DNA from: Lama guanicoe
Taxonomy: Eukaryota
NCBI GenBank assembly: GCA_013239625.1
Contig: MU053876.1
Coordinates: forward strand, 237,394-301,393
DNA: 64,000 nt
Direction of reading: 5' to 3'
A program made the translations under genes and the position numbers. The first letter of the stretch is position 1; each line of letters starts with the position of its first letter. Below the pieces are notes generated by a model, which did not search any database, was not told where the DNA came from, and saw only the letters and a program-made list of their open reading frames with translations. Shown piece by piece: positions 11,655 through 24,315 of the stretch.

Positions 11655-11772
11655 TTAAATACAGTTATTTCCATAGTTAAGGATAAAGCAAACAGACTTC
11701 CTTGAGTCCGTTACAGCAGGTGCCTGTGATTCCCTTGAGTATCGGGGCCCTGAGGACCATCTGAATTTCCGC

Positions 11773-11893
11773 CTACATGCTTGTGGGAAGCTTCTGCAGC
11801 CTCCTCTTGGAAGGAATTCCAGTTTTTCTGAATTCTTCTCTTTCCTTCAGGTATTCCATTTTGCATTCTTCATAAAAGGCTGGATCATTATAG
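11773..11893 (-). CDS. CMC1: CMC1 last coding exon
   Basis: (Y)YNDPAFYEECKMEYLKEREEFRKTGIPSKRRLQKLPTSM*; acceptor cttcttgtAG; TAG at 11775-11773. Matches the CMC1 C-terminus. Confidence 0.97.
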
Positions 11894-12129
11894 CTACAAG
11901 AAGGAAACAAAAATCTTTTCAGATTGAGTCACTGTGCAAGCATATAATAGACGCTTACCTTAGTAATACGTTCAGACAGCCGGTGCGCCAGGCACAACCT
12001 TTAGAAGCAGATTTTCAGTAATGGTCATAAATTCATTATAAACATTATGCTACCAAATTAGTAAAACAAAACAAGACAAAACAAACAGATCTAATGGTCC
12101 TTTTCTGAACAGCGATGTACCAGGATAGT

Positions 12130-12710
12130 CCGAGGGGCGCGGCACCGTCCCGGGAGCCCAGGCCGCAACAGCGCAGACGGTGAGGCCGCGTCACAGTCGC
12201 CGTGTCGTCACGATCACGTGGGCGCCGTGCGGCCCCGGCGCAGGGGGCGGGGGGGGGGGGGCGCCACCGAAGCCAGTGTCTCCTGGCGGGTGTCAGGCTT
12301 GGGCGCCAGTCGAGTTCTTCCCTAACAGCCCTCACCTACTGTCCGCAAAGGGCGCTCACCCCGAGTGGCTTCCTCCCCGCTTCTCTCCCCTCCCAGCCCG
12401 CCGGCCTGGACCCGAACCCGGGGTTTTCTCCTGTCTCTAGGGGGCGAGGCTTGGGCGCATAGTCACACCATCTGCAGTCAGATAACAGCGGCTAGCAAAG
12501 AGCAAGTGCAGATTCAGAAAGACCGCCAACACTGAGTGAGCACCCCCCGTGCGTGCCCGGCGCCGGGGAGATGTGCAGTCGCCCCGGGAGGAGCAGCCCG
12601 CCCCGCGCAGCGGAGCCACCGCTCGGGGGACCCGGCCCGCGAGCCCGCCGCCCTCCCCACGATCCCCGCTCGCGCCCCCTCCTCCAGGGCAGCCTGACCC
12701 AGCTAAGGCT
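12130..12710. other. GC/CpG-rich peak in CMC1 intron 3, with a long G run
   Basis: Dense CpG and a G-tract at ~12243-12261, flanked by AT-rich sequence. Confidence 0.8.
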
Positions 12711-13049
12711 CACAAGTTACTACGAGGACTGAAACCGAGCTGGAAACTCCTTTAATCAATGTACAAACGAGAATCTAACAAGTTCCGTCAGGCAGTCGTC
12801 TAAGAGGTCCGTCTGCTCATTAAACATCCCTTGGGAGCTCTGGGGACTAGAACTCTCACTTCTCCGGGGGTAAACGCTTAGTGCAGGTCTGGGCTCTTAA
12901 ACAAGAGAAGCTATTGGTTTTTTTTTTTTTTTTTAACTTGGGAAAAGACACGTGGACTTCGAGTATGTTTCCCCATTTATAATTAGTTTAAATAATCCCT
13001 GACGTCTTCCAAACCAATATTCTAAAAGTCTATAAATCCAGGTGTACGA

Positions 13050-13365
13050 GAAAAAAGAAGACACTAATGAACTCATCTACAAAACAGAAAGACTTACAGA
13101 CATAGTAGGCGATCTTACGCTTGGGTGGGGGTGGAGAGGTAAATATGGGAGCTCACGATTTGCAAGTATTAACTACTATATATAAAAATAGATTTCAAAA
13201 AATTTCTCCTGTAGAGCACAGGGAACTATATTCAGTATCTTGTAATAACCTTTAATGAAAAAGAATATGAAAATGAACATATGTATGTCTATGACTGACC
13301 GGCACATGATGCTGGACACCAGGAACTGACACATGGTAACTAACTACACTTCAATTAAAAAAAAG
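13050..13365 (+). mobile_element. 5'-truncated camelid-type L1 3' end
   Basis: agcacagggaactatattcagtatcttgtaataacctttaatg...acaccaggaactgacacatggtaactaactacacttcaattaaaaaaa. The same family occurs at ~25385, 30690, 33040 and 35970. Confidence 0.85.
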
Positions 13366-14176
13366 AAACCACATGAAAGATTCAGATAATGATTACTTTC
13401 TTTTGAGCTAACTTCCTGAGAAGACTCAAACCATGCTGACATCTGTGCTTCCCAGGCCGGGGGGACCCAGCTCAGAAAGCTGTAATACAGGTTCAGCAGA
13501 ACCAGGATCTCGGGGACAACCCACAGCAGTCCCACCTGCCGGGTACTGCCTGTCAACACGTGGCTAATAAAACGGGGTGGGGTGGGGGGGATAAGCGGAA
13601 AGCGCCTGCATTCAGAGGACTCTGCACACTGTTACTTTAAGATTCACGAAACTACAATGAAGTATCAGTGACCGTGATATTTAAGAATTATTTTTATAAT
13701 GATTTAACTTCAAAAATCTAAATTTACGTTGGTATCTTTCATTTGATTTAGTGCCACTTTTCTAGGAGTTACATTATATGATCACAAGGCTGACCAAAGT
13801 CTAATTCAGTACCTTTTCATTAGAAGAGATAAATACAAACCCATTTATAATGTATTCTATAGATTAACCTATTCATGAGAAGGAATTTATTGAATCATGT
13901 GAAAATTGTATCTTTTTGTTGACTGACCTAATCATCAGATAAAATGCTGACAAACACAACTAACTTGAAAGACCCTTCATAAATATATGGTATTGCTTTT
14001 TTTTTTTTAGAAGAATCTTTAACAAACTGAAATTTTAGATTCAGCCAACAATATGATGAATTTGCTGGGAAGTACAGAATATACTACATGTAAGGAGTCA
14101 AATAACATACTCTTACCTCCCACATACATTACACACGCATACACCCAGAAGCCCAAACACTAAGGGAACTACTTAC

Positions 14177-14267
14177 TAGGCAGTTAGACATTCTTTCAAT
14201 GCAGAATTTTCTTTCTGGCATTTTACTACCATGAGGACTCCAGAGTCCTTGCAACATTTCGTGAACT
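14177..14267 (-). CDS. CMC1: CMC1 exon 3 (end of the first CX9C motif and all of the second)
   Basis: (E)FTKCCKDSGVLMVVKCQKENSALKECLTA(Y); acceptor ttatttcAG, donor TA|gtaagt; 91 nt, phase 1-2. Confidence 0.97.
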
Positions 14268-14517
14268 CTGAAATAAAAAATTTGGAAGGAAAATAAATGA
14301 CTTGTAATCACATCAATATAATTTAACAACTCTAAAATATTCATTCATTTAGCATCTATTTCCTAGATTGTGCTTGGCACATAATACACGTTCCACAAAA
14401 AAAAACGTACATGAATAAAAGTTGTTCATTTTGTAGATGTGAAAGGAGAGGACAGAGATACTGAGTGGCTTCACAGACACAAACAAAGAATGCAGAGAGT
14501 AAGGAGGATTTCTAAAT

Positions 14518-15416
14518 CAGACATACTTCATTTTACTGTGTTTTGCAGATACTACATTTTTTACAAATTGAAGGGTGGTGGCAACCTTCCATCGAGCAAG
14601 TCTACAGGCACCATTTGTACAACAGCATTTGCTCACCTCCCATCTCTGCATGTTATTTTGGTAACAACTACAATATTTCAAACGTTTTCATCATTACTGT
14701 ATCTGTTACAGTGATCTGTGATCAGCGATCTCCAATGTCACTGTTATAACTACAGACATGGAGAACACAAGAGAACTGGAGTCAGATGTGGAGGCTGAAG
14801 ATGGGACTGTTCACATCTTCTCCATCGCGATGGAGGAGCTGCTTCTCCTGGATGAGCAAAGACAGCGGTGTTCTGAGATGGAATCTCCTCCTGGCGAAGC
14901 CGCTGTGAAGGCTGTTGACGTGAGCACGGAGGATTTAAAATATTACATTAGTTGACAGAGCAGAGGCAGGTGAGAGAGGGTGGCCTCCAGTTCTGAAAGC
15001 AGTCCCACTGTGAATCCCATGTCATCCAACAGCACTGTCTGCTGCAGAGAAGGCACTGGTGAAAGGAGGAATTCACTGACCTGGCAAGCATCCCTGCTGT
15101 CTTATTTTAAGAAATTCACCCTAATCTTGAGCTACCTCCAGGCTGATTGGTGAGCAGCCCTCAGCGTCGGGCCAGGCCCTTCACCAGCAAAAAGATGATG
15201 ACTCACTGGAGGCTCAGATGATGCTTCACGTTTTTAGCAATAAGGTCTTTTTTAACTAAGGTGTGTACATTTTCAGACGTGCTCCCGCACACTAAACAGA
15301 CTACAGTACAGTGTGAGCACAAAGTTCTGTGTGCACTAGGAAACCCAAGAGTGTGTGTGACCGGCTTTACTGCAGAATTCTGCAACCACACCTGCAGTAC
15401 CTCTAGGGTCTGCCTC
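14518..15416 (+). mobile_element. Internally deleted Tigger1 (TcMar) DNA transposon
   Basis: The Tigger1 5' end (cagacatacttcatttt...ttacaaattgaag...gcaagtcta) is joined at ~14750 to the transposase C-terminal remnant (RELE..VE.ED..EELLLLDEQR). It ends ...gggtctgcctc followed by TA. Confidence 0.85.
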
Positions 15417-15689
15417 TACAGGAAGAGGATATTCTAGAAGAAATGAGTGGGAACAGCAAAAGGGGAGTGGCGTCCAGACACAGGCATCTGATGGCAGTTT
15501 CCGCAGGTCTTCTGACGCCACCACGGTCCCCCCTTCTTTCAGACAACCTGCCGTGGTCCTTAACTTCGGGTAACAGGACTCCCATTCCACTCCTGAGTCA
15601 ACTCTGAAATATCCATGAAATTCAAATAGCTTTCGACTAAATTTCCATTCTGGGAGTTTGCCTTTTAAACTGCACTGGCCACTGGGTCT

Positions 15690-16770
15690 CCTGCTTGCTC
15701 AGGACCAGCAACCCAGAAATCCCGCCCACAGCGGCCCCGCGACTCTGTCGGGTCGGCTCTGGTCGGATGGGCCCCACCCCACCCCGGCCCTTCTTCCGAC
15801 CGCCGGCTGCTGGCCCGGCCTCTGCGCCTCCAGCCTGCTGTAGGCGACCACCCATTCCCATGGCAGACCTTACAACACGACAGCGTCCCCACAAAGAAGC
15901 TCTGGCGAAAAATAATGCATGTTTTTCTACACAGCTTTTGAGAACTCCTTTGGTACAAAATTACCAGGCTTCCTCTCTTTTCTTGAGCTATACGTTACTC
16001 TTTCCGTTACTAAGGGGTATCATTTTAATTACCCCTTAAAGCGAGCAGGTGATTTCAGGAGTCTCCATGAAGACACGTAAGTAACAGGTAACAAAGACGG
16101 TTTTAAGCCACAAGCCGGCTAAACGGCTGAGACGGATGCGCGCGGACACCCACCCCGCGGAGCGGCTGTGCGGGGCGTGCGGGCGAGTCCACACCGCGCG
16201 CAGCGCGCGCGCGCGGAAGGAGGGCGGGCGACCTCAACTCAGCCCCGTCCCCGCCGTGACCCTCGGGCGCCTCCTCCACCGGCTCAGCAGTTCCGCCCTG
16301 CGCTCCGACTCCTGGACCCACTCAGGTATCTCTTCTATTCAGGTGTCCTGGTTCTCCTCGCACCGACGAGCTGGGCGGGTGGTACAATCGGGGCAAGGCG
16401 GCTTCCTCCGCATCCTTCCAGGGGACCCCACCTCCTCAAACGGGCAGTGTGGACTGATCACCAGCCCGTTCTCATCTGAGGCCCTGCGGGGGGCCACGAG
16501 GCCATCCAGAGGTCCGCTCACTGCCACCCCGGCGCGCACAGCAGTCCCACCAACTGGCCGTTCCACTACAGCCGAGTATTAGCTCCGCCTTTCTAGACCC
16601 CAGAAACATGGTCCTAAATAAAACCTCAGACGTGGGCACTCCTCAGCGGGAGTCCGAACACACGGCTGGCCCGAGAGTGACTCATGCCGGACGGCGGTGA
16701 CCCACGGCAGCCTGGCTGTAAGTGGGAGCCCCGCACCGGCCACCGCCGCGCGTCCCAGCAACGGTCACCA
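15690..16770. other. GC/CpG-rich peak in CMC1 intron 2
   Basis: Dense CpG, e.g. accgcgcgcagcgcgcgcgcgcgg near 16195-16215; no recognisable coding frame. Confidence 0.75.
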
Positions 16771-19734
16771 GGAATCTCACCAATGAGAATATGCCAGTTG
16801 ACCAAACCCCAGTCCTTTCCCGGAAAACAGATACAATACGATGGCTGTTACCAGAAGTACTTCCCGAAGTTAACAAACCCAGTGCTTCCACACTTGAGAA
16901 ATTCACAACGGAAAGCCGAGGCACTGATTATTCTAAGACTCGTCTTCTCTAACACGACTGAAGGGAAGGGACTCCAGGCGGCGTTTTGCGCTCTCAGGAC
17001 AGCAAAGGCAGGTGTTGGCATCTTCGCACTTGTCCACATCTCCTCAGGAATGACCGGGACTGGCCTGCAGCCTCAAGCTGTTGGTAAGGTTTTTGTCACT
17101 TAAACTGTTTAGCAGCGAGATTTTAATGAGGATCCTTCTTTCATCCCGCATTAGCACGCTTTCATACGATGCTCATGTTCACAATAGCGCCAGCCGGTTT
17201 CTACAAGGTATCCGAAAGGGCCCCGATTTCAACGGCTTCTGTCTTTCAATGGTAAAGAGCTTGTACACCCATATAATAAACAACCTGATGACCATTAAAG
17301 GCTACAAAAATAACATTCACTGAAGTATATCTTCAGGTAAGGAAAACAGTATCAATATGCAGTAAGAGAGATTATTAACAATTATTGCACCTTTAAAGAA
17401 ATGTGCTTGAAGATAGCACTGAAGACTTTTCTTTAAAGTATCAACAACATGAAATTCTTTCTTTTGTAAACCCTCATTACTCTAAAAGAAACTACTTAAT
17501 GTATAATAAACTGCTGGTAAAAATATTCTTTGGGCATCCTAAAATCTGGATCCACTAAATATAAGAAAAACAGAAAGAGGTAAAGTCTTCTCCTCACTTT
17601 AGTCTAAGACAATGGGCAAAGCAAACAAGTACAAGCAGTCTGTATAAATTCCACTTTATGTAAGAAAAAACTTTGGGGAAACCCTGTATAAAAGCAGGAA
17701 GAGAAATAATGGTTTGGAATTCATTGCTTTTAACTCATTTAATTTATGGAATTTTAAAAAATGTATTTTCATATTTAAATAACCCCCAAAAAGAAGGCTT
17801 CCTGCCTCAGCCAAGGAGGAACCACCACCGTGCATGGGAGTAGAAACCCTGGGCACGGGACCTCTCACCCTTTTCACTAGTCAGTTTCAAGCAGCGTACT
17901 ATTCTGCACAAATGCAGTCATCCAGTTAGAGCTAAAGCTCTCAATGAGCAATGACAGTTTGAAAACAGACCAGATTAAAAGAAAGAATCCCCAATGTTCC
18001 ATGTCTCTGACTAGAACCACTCCTTGTATAACTTCACTAACTTACAGTTTTTAAGAAATCCTAAGTTTATGAATTTTTACATAACCATTTTTAGACACAG
18101 CACTTATTTCTAACTTTCTAATATTTTAATTTCTTAATCAGTAAAGTACTTAGACAGTACCTGTTTTTTCTCAGCATTACAAAAAGCAAAGATCTATTTG
18201 GATTCCACTGTAATTCAGAACTTTAACACATAAGCTATGTGTAATATTTCCGTGATTACGCCACCATCTTAACGGTTCCACTTTAAATCTGGAACTTTAA
18301 TCTAAATGAGACACATTTAGGAGGTCCTGCTTATGAGAGAAATGTAGTAGGGCAGATTTTTAAATCACCCTAAATTCAAAATATATTAGCAACTCTGCAA
18401 CTGGAAAGCTACAGCATAGAACCGCTTCCTGATATAGGACTGGATAAGAATAAAAACAGAAATTACATGCAGTATATTGTATACGTGCAAACTGTAACAA
18501 TTCTACCTAATAAAACTGAAAAAATGGAAGAAAAAAAAAAACAGAAACGTACTTCGAACAATGCACAGACGAGCTTTTGACCAGTTACTGAATTAGAAGA
18601 GGTTTCTAAAACACAGGACTGAAAATGATCCAGTTTAGGGAAGGTCTCGGGAATGTGTTGACTTTTAGTAAGATTTTTCCTTTGGACAAAGGTGTCTGCA
18701 AGTTTTGAATTTACAACGGAAATTAAAATCTAAAACTAACTTTCACAGGAAAAGCTATCTTTTAAGTGAAGCCCTGGATCCTGCAGACTGCTTGTGTGAG
18801 GAGCTTCAGGAAGCTGTGAAGAGGGGGCTGCTGGTCCTGCGCTCCCCAGGCTCATCACGTGGGGTGACAAGGCTGACCCGACCCCGAGACCACGCGGGAC
18901 AAGTGTGTCCCCTCCTCCTACCGACTGCTCAGCTAAGGGAGCCACGGCCACAAGGCACATTATCTGTATAACCAATGGCAGGGATGGCAGGTCATGAAAT
19001 TGATGTGAAGTATTTTATAAACAGTTCTGACTTTACATACATTTGCGTATAAAATTTATTAATGAAACCGTACATCTCTTGGCAATGTTTGAGTCAGTGA
19101 TGACAGTAGTATGATTTCTGGAAAGAACTGAATCCAATCCAACCTACAAAAAAGTGAACATTATAAATAATTCTAGACTGGATGAGAGGCTAATTAGGAC
19201 AAGTTCAATTTAGTTGAAAAAAGTGGATCAGTGAGTATTTGCCAGCAACCGCTCTAACAACAACAACAAAATTCCATGGACAGTTTTTCAAGAGAGCCGT
19301 AAAACAAATCATTTGATGAAAAAAAACTAACACCCAGAAGAGACATCATCTTTCAGGAGACACATTCATTGGAACAGTGGCTTCTTCACTGCACTCACAT
19401 CTTTAAAACTGTTTCCATTTCCAAAGGTAAATGGAAAATAACTGCAGATGGGAAATCACCAAATCATGCTGTCACCTTAATGTTTAAGAAGAGAGCCAAC
19501 TGTAAATATTTCATTTTTTTTCTTAAGTTGTGAGAGTAGAATAAAAAAGAAAAAAGTCACCTACATTCCTGCCTTCATGATAATAATAGCTAACGCTTGA
19601 ATTTACTATGAACCAGGCATCATCCAATGAGTTAATTCCGGCTTTCACAGGTAGTAACTGATTCAATAAAGTAAAACTTCAATCTTTTTTTCATACATTC
19701 TTGCAGTACGTATCCATAGGCTCATAAAATATCA

Positions 19735-20760
19735 TGTATTCATTCACTACATACTTTCCAAGTACTGACCCCGCGCCCAGCCCTGTGCGCGGTCCTGGGG
19801 GGCTCCATGCTGAACACGACAGGAGGACAGACGGCTAAGACGCGCTGCCTGCGGAGTGGGGCACCTGCTCTGACGCGGGAGGCGGGAGCTGCCGCGGGGG
19901 CACAGCCCCGGGACTCCACGCCCACCCAGGAGGGTCTGACCACACTTGCAAGCGATGATCCCTGGTGAGCCGGGCGGAGGAGGAAAGGGAGGAGGGAGAA
20001 TGGACGAGGGAAGGGAGCAGGGGCAGGGCAGGTGATGGGCTGGGACCTTTCAGGTCGGGTGGCAGGGCGCACACGTGCATGTGCGCGTGCACATGTGTGC
20101 GGTGCATGTGCACGTGTGCGCACGTGACGTGCGGTTGGCGGACGCGGGAGGAAAGGCGCGCACCGGTCCTCACCAGCAGGCAGCGGTAAGTGTCTAGGGT
20201 GGGTCTAACGGCAATGGAAACCCTCAGGAGGATTTACCCCGCAGAACGGCACCGCAGGGTCTTCTGCACAGAACCAGACGAGCAGGAGGGGAGGCAGGAG
20301 TGGAAAGAAAGCAGAGACTGGGTGGGAAGCTGGTGTGATCATCCAAGCAAGGGACGGGAGGGGGTGACGCGACAGAGGGGGCAGCCGTGGAGAGAAGTGG
20401 CGATCACGGGTGAAAGGCGACAGGGCTGGGGACATCACCAGTCACGAGGGTAACGGAGGAAGGATGTGCAGTGACCCGAAAACCCCAGCCAAGGATCACG
20501 TGACGTGACGGGGAAATGAGGACGCGTTTGCAGGGGGCAGGGGGGCGGGAGAGCGGGGGGCGCTGCGGAACATCCAAGCAGGGCTGTCCCGACAGCACTT
20601 GGCTGTGTGGGTCTGAGGCAAGTCGGAAGATACTGTTTTGACAGAAGTAACTTACTAAAAATAATGAAAAGAAATGAAGCCCCAGTGAGCCCCGAGGGAG
20701 ACCAGTACTTAAGGGTCTATCGGAGAGAGGCCACTGGCAGACACGGAGGACTCTGTGGCA
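19735..20760 (-). mobile_element. Ancient L2 LINE 3' region, strongly GC-shifted
   Basis: L2 landmarks at both ends: cattcac...ccagccctgtgcgcggtcctggggg...gaacacgacag, and acatccaagcagggctgtcccgacagcacttggctgtgtgggtctgag. Confidence 0.65.
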
Positions 20761-21309
20761 TCACAGAAGGCAAGGAAACTAAGTGACTGACTCTCAGAAG
20801 AATACAAATTGGGATCCGCTGGACGCAGTTTTAATTAATGAGTTTCTTTTATGAGTGGTTCTAACTATTTTAAGGATATTTTGTTATTTTTATTTTTTCT
20901 CAGAGGTTTTCCAAAAAAAAAAAAACAAACATATTTTGTAATACAACAAAACTCATTTTTGACTTGCAATTTCATAGAGGTTCACTGGATCTTTGAATGA
21001 GGCTCAGACACAATACAGATTCCTAATGATTTTATTTTTCCTACGTTTTGAAACAGTTTACTATATCATCCTGGACTTCATTGTGACTCATCAATTATCC
21101 CCAACTATGCTAAAAATGACAAATAATAAGAAAACAAAATGATGGAATCACCTGGAAGAAGGACGCAACAGCGAAATAAACCATCATGTGATCAGTTTCC
21201 TTACTGCACTGCCTGGTGTATTACATCACTGTTCATGAATGTGTAAAAGCAGTCTTCATGTTTTCAACATAACTGAGATTTGAGATTATTTGGTTTTCAC
21301 CTTCTGATT

Positions 21310-22288
21310 ATGTTAGGTAGAGTAACAGCCCCCACCATCCTAACCCCTGGGACCTGGGAATCTATTACATTAAGGTCCCCAATCAGCTCACCTTCAAATA
21401 GGGAGATTATCTGGATTATCGGGTGGGCCCAAAGGTAATCACAAGGGTCCTTAAAAGTGGAAGAGGGAGGCAGAAGATGAAGAGAAAGAGACAAGATGAT
21501 GGAAGCAGGGTCAGAGAGGTGTTATCTTGCTGGTTCCAAAATTCCCTCCAAAATTCCTATGTTGAAACCCTACGCCCCCCCCCCCAACTACTCTGCCAGG
21601 TGATGTTTTTGGAGGTGGGACCTTTTGGGGTAATCAAGATGAGAAAAGGGTACAGGGGTGGAGTCCTTCTAAGAGGGATTAAAGCCCCTGTAGGAGTGAA
21701 TAGAGATCTCCTTCCCCTCCTCTCTCTCCTCCTGTCCTGAGGAAGCAAAGAGCAACCCGGAAAAGGTCTCTCACCAGAAACAGGTGATGTTTTTGGAGGT
21801 GGGACCTTTTGGGGTAATCAAGATGAGAAAAGGGTACAGGGGTGGAGTCCTTCTAAGAGGGATTAAAGCCCCTGTAGGAGTGAACAGAGATCTCCTTCCC
21901 CTCCTCTCTCTCCTCCTGTCCTGAGGAAGCAAAGAGCAACCCGGAAAAGGTCTCTCACCAGAACCCAGCATGCTGGCCACTCTGGTCTAGGGCATCGTCA
22001 AGCCTCCAGAGCTGTGATAAGTGAAGTTTTGCTGTTTCTTAGCCATCATGGGATTTCTGTTCCAGAAGCTCGAGCTAACACAGGCCTCGAGAAGCTGAAG
22101 AAGGCAAAGAAATGGACTTTTCCCACAGAGCCTCCAGATAGGACCACAGCTCTGCCAACACCGTGTTTCTAACCCAGCAAGACCTACGTCACACTTCTGA
22201 ACTGCAGAATTGTAGTGTAATAAATGTGCACTGTTTGAGATACTGAATTCGCCTAATTTGTTACAGCAGCAATTGTAAACTAATACAC
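21310..22288 (+). mobile_element. MLT1D-like MaLR LTR interrupted by a nested MLT1A-like LTR (~21510-22080)
   Basis: Outer element: gggagattatctggattatc...taatcacaagggtcctta...agagcctccag...taatttgttacagcagcaat...taataca. Inner element: aaattcctatgttgaaaccc...ggaggtgggacctttt...ctcaccagaaccc. Confidence 0.8.
21597..21963. repeat. 184-bp-period tandem duplication (2 copies, 1 mismatch)
   Basis: 21597-21779 and 21781-21963 are identical except gaaTaga versus gaaCaga. Confidence 0.95.
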
Positions 22289-23499
22289 TGCCTATAGTGG
22301 AAAAAAGGAAACTGACTAACAGATGTCTCACACTTATTAGGTGAATCAGAAGATGAACACAGAGAACTGACAGCAGCCCTCTAGGCTCCGAGGACGATGG
22401 TGAAGGGGCTGGGTAATCACAGCCACAGACGGGAATCTTCAGGTGACCATATCCGAGATGAACTTCGTCAATCAGGAACTAATGAGCAAATAACATACGT
22501 GAAGGACAGAAGGGAATCATGGCATTCTCATCCCATTAGTCACTCGACAAGAGGGATTTTCACACAGCATTCTCTAAAAACAGCCTGCACTATCCCACTG
22601 TGGTAAGTAAGGCAGTATTCGTCCATCTTCTGTGCTGAGATGTACTTGCTCCAAATGCCAGAGGCTGGTTTATAAACAAAGACGATCAGAAGGAAGTGGT
22701 ATGTATGGCATGTGTAAGTCAGAACAGTTTAATTCTGGAGCAAAAAAGATAACCATCCTCTCTTCAAAAACATCAGCAGCCATCAACATGTTTGGAAACG
22801 TTGCATTCTAGATGCAAGGACACGGAGAACCAGGCCTGACGGCGCAGTGGGACCGACTGGAGGTGTGTTTGGAATCAGGAGTCGGTACTGACAAGACAGA
22901 TACATCCCAGGCTCATGATGGATAGTTAGTTGCATTCAAACAACTTTGACCATTTTGAGTAAAAAACTTTCGAAACAGGGAAATGTGGAATAAAAATTGG
23001 GACTTGCTGTGTTTGATTATTATTAAAACTTCTAAGGTCACTATCCCTTTGTTCTTCTGTAAGTTTTTAAGATGATTTTTAAATATAAAAATACATGAAG
23101 TTACCCACAGATGGCTATCTCTTCTAGGATAGTCTGGATTAAAGAAGACAGATTCATCTATGTCTGCCGCGGAGACGTCTACTAAGATGAGGAGCGAAAA
23201 TCACCTACTAGTTTTTGTGGTAAGATTTTAAGTCACTTTGCTGTCCAGAAATATCTTTGATTTACAGAAGGTCATGGAGAGGATTAGAATAAATGCTCCT
23301 TATGACTGACGCATTAAACAGCTTGTACTTTAACTCTCTAGGACCGTTATTTCTTTAACCAAGTGTTCATTAAATATAAAATAAGGTTCCTAACTTCAAC
23401 GTGTTTATAAGACAGTGGCAAGTGCACAAAGGAATTCAATGAGAATATCAAACAGCTGCGTTTTCATCTGGTCAACCTGGGTGTGTAACCCTCTAAACC

Positions 23500-23915
23500 C
23501 TGCACATGTGGCTAACAAGCAAGGTCTGAAATGTGACTGGTCTGAATCTCATTGCGCTCTGAGTGTGAAAAACATCTGGATTCTGGAAACTTAGGAAGGA
23601 AAAGGTAATGTAAACTATCTCATTCATAGTTTTTATATTGATTGTATGTTAAAAATACAGTATGTGTTTTAGATATATTAAGTAAAATATATTCAAATAA
23701 ATTTTACCTTTGAAAAATTAGTGTCACATTTTTAAAATGTGGCTACTGTCCATTTAAAATTATAAATATGGCTGGCACTATGTTTCTGTTGTCCAGTAAA
23801 ACTTTCTGCAATGATGGAAGTGTTCTCTGCACCTTCTGAGGAACTGGATTTTTCTTTTTCATTAACTTAAGTGAACCAGTCACGTGTGTGACAGCTGCCG
23901 TGGCGGACAGGGCAG
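23500..23915. mobile_element. MER33/MER3-like hAT-Charlie fragments
   Basis: cacatgtggcta...gaaatgtgactggtctgaat; ctgttgtccagtaaaactttctgcaatgatggaagtgttct. Confidence 0.55.
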
Positions 23916-24113
23916 TACCCAGGGCTTCGGGTGAGAGGCAGACAGGTGGCTGGGGTGAGCTGCTCACATCCATTATCTCTGCTTGCTGGAATGGAAGGTG
24001 AATGGGAGTACGATGTGATCCTGACAAGAAGCACTCGGAACAGAGGTGATGTCTGTTCATGGAGAAGAGGCGGCAATACCACATTAATGTGCAGCAGGGC
24101 CAAAAGTGGTTCT

Positions 24114-24300
24114 TTATTTTATATTTATATATAAATATATAATTATATTTATATTTAATTATATAAATGTATAATTATAGTATATAATATAAAATTTTAT
24201 ATATTAATTATATGTTATAATAGATTGTATATTAATTACTATATATTAATTACATAATATAAAATTTATATTATAATTAATTATATATAATTACTTTGTG
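24114..24300. repeat. AT-rich low-complexity (TA)n tract
   Basis: Read directly; abuts a SINE tail. Confidence 0.9.
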
Positions 24301-24315
24301 TATCTATTTATTCCA

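Noticed and set aside
16103..17103. Overlapping 100-150 aa ORFs
   Set aside because: Stop-poor GC-rich DNA; the peptides are low complexity with no recognisable family.
19090..19180. C-box-like GTGATGA with a short terminal stem (possible C/D snoRNA)
   Set aside because: No terminal CTGA D box (it reads CTAG), and it is antisense to the host CMC1 intron.
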